A DNA stretch of 64,000 bases from Eledone cirrhosa (taxonomy: Eukaryota). The stretch spans positions 34,162,001 through 34,226,000 of the forward strand of contig OZ024752.1 of assembly GCA_964016885.1 (NCBI GenBank), read 5' to 3'. The notes beneath the pieces are model-generated. The model ran no database searches. It was not told where the DNA came from and saw nothing but the letters and a program-made list of their open reading frames with translations. Of this stretch, positions 63,301 through 64,000 are shown in pieces. How positions within the stretch are numbered: the first letter of the stretch is position 1; each line of letters opens with the position of its first letter. Both the position numbers and the translations under genes were made by a program.

Positions 63301-64000
63301 GGTCGGGGGAAAAGGTACCAGCCAGACAGAAGGTGATGTGGTGGTGGTGGTGGTGGTTGGGGAAAGGTACCAGCCAGACAGAAGGTGATGTGGTGGTGGT
63401 GGTGGTTGGGGAAAAGGTACCAGCCAGACAGAAGGTGATGTGGTGGTGGTGGTGGTGGTGGTTCGGGAAAAGGTACCAGCCAGACAGAAGGTGATGTGGT
63501 GGTGGTGGTGGTTGGGGAAAAGGTACCAGGCAGACAGAAGGTGATGTGGTGGTGGTCGGGGGAAAAGGTACCAGCCAGACAGAAGGTGATGTGGTGGTGG
63601 TGGTGGTGGTGGTTGGGGAAAAGGTACCAGGCAGACAGAAGGTGATGTGGTGGTGGTGGTGGTAGTTGGGGAAAAGGTACCAGGCAGACAGAAGGTGATG
63701 TGGTGGTGGTGGTGGTTGGGGAAAAGATACCAGGCAGACAGAAGGTGATGTGGTGTGGTGGTGGTGGTTGGGGAAAAGGTACCAGCCAGACAGAAGGTGA
63801 TGTGGTGGTGTGGTGGTGGTTGGGGAAAAGGTACCAGCCAGACAGAAGGTGATGTGGTGGTGGTGGTGGTGGTTGGGGAAAAGGTACCAGCCAGACAGAA
63901 GGTGATGTGGTGGTGTGGTGGTGGTTGGGGAAAAGGTACCAGCCAGACAGAAGGTGATGTGGTGGTGTGGTGGTGGTTGGGGAAAAGGTACCAGCCAGAC
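57273..64000. repeat. G-rich satellite: TGGGGAAAAGGTACCAG(C/G)CAGACAGAAGGTGATGT(GGT)n, n about 3-8; runs off the right edge
   Basis: Seen directly. Constant ~35-bp core containing a KpnI site plus a variable trinucleotide tract. Confidence 0.99.
59780..64000. repeat. Higher-order duplication in the G-rich satellite, offset 2661-2664 bp
   Basis: Rare variants recur: GAGGTGG 59921/62585, TTCGGG 60801/63462, GTAGTT 61001/63662, AAAAGATACC 61061/63722. Confidence 0.88.

Noticed and set aside
57273-64000. CRISPR-like or telomeric array; poly-Trp/Val/His/Pro ORFs
   Set aside because: The variable part is only (GGT)n length, there is no TTAGGG tract, and the ORFs shift frame constantly.

Overview
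Repeat-dominated, AT-rich eukaryotic DNA with no supportable host gene. The SINE/LINE repertoire looks octopod cephalopod (Octopus-like); this is an inference from recalled repeat sequences, not a search result. There are three blocks. (1) 1-~43680: a ~44 kb satellite of ~900 copies of a 48-bp monomer with internal dyad symmetry, multi-kb higher-order duplications (offsets 6215, ~2895 and 3966 bp) and a more monomeric distal edge. (2) ~43680-57270: a 13.6 kb spacer packed with TTAA-flanked piggyBac-like MITEs, tRNA-derived SINEs (several with TSDs), RTE-like LINE fragments, micro/minisatellites, several near-spacerless long palindromes, and two well-formed type I hammerhead ribozyme motifs (50758-50861, 56481-56545) in putative Penelope-like pseudo-LTR remnants. 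(3) 57273-64000: a G-rich satellite whose monomer contains a variable (GGT)n tract. Both large arrays appear to have grown out of a transposon whose remnant still sits at the array edge: the 48-mer from a TTAACCC MITE terminus, and the G-rich monomer from the 'GWxKVPAR..WWW' coding segment of an RTE-like LINE ORF. The ORF track is almost entirely repeat artefact.
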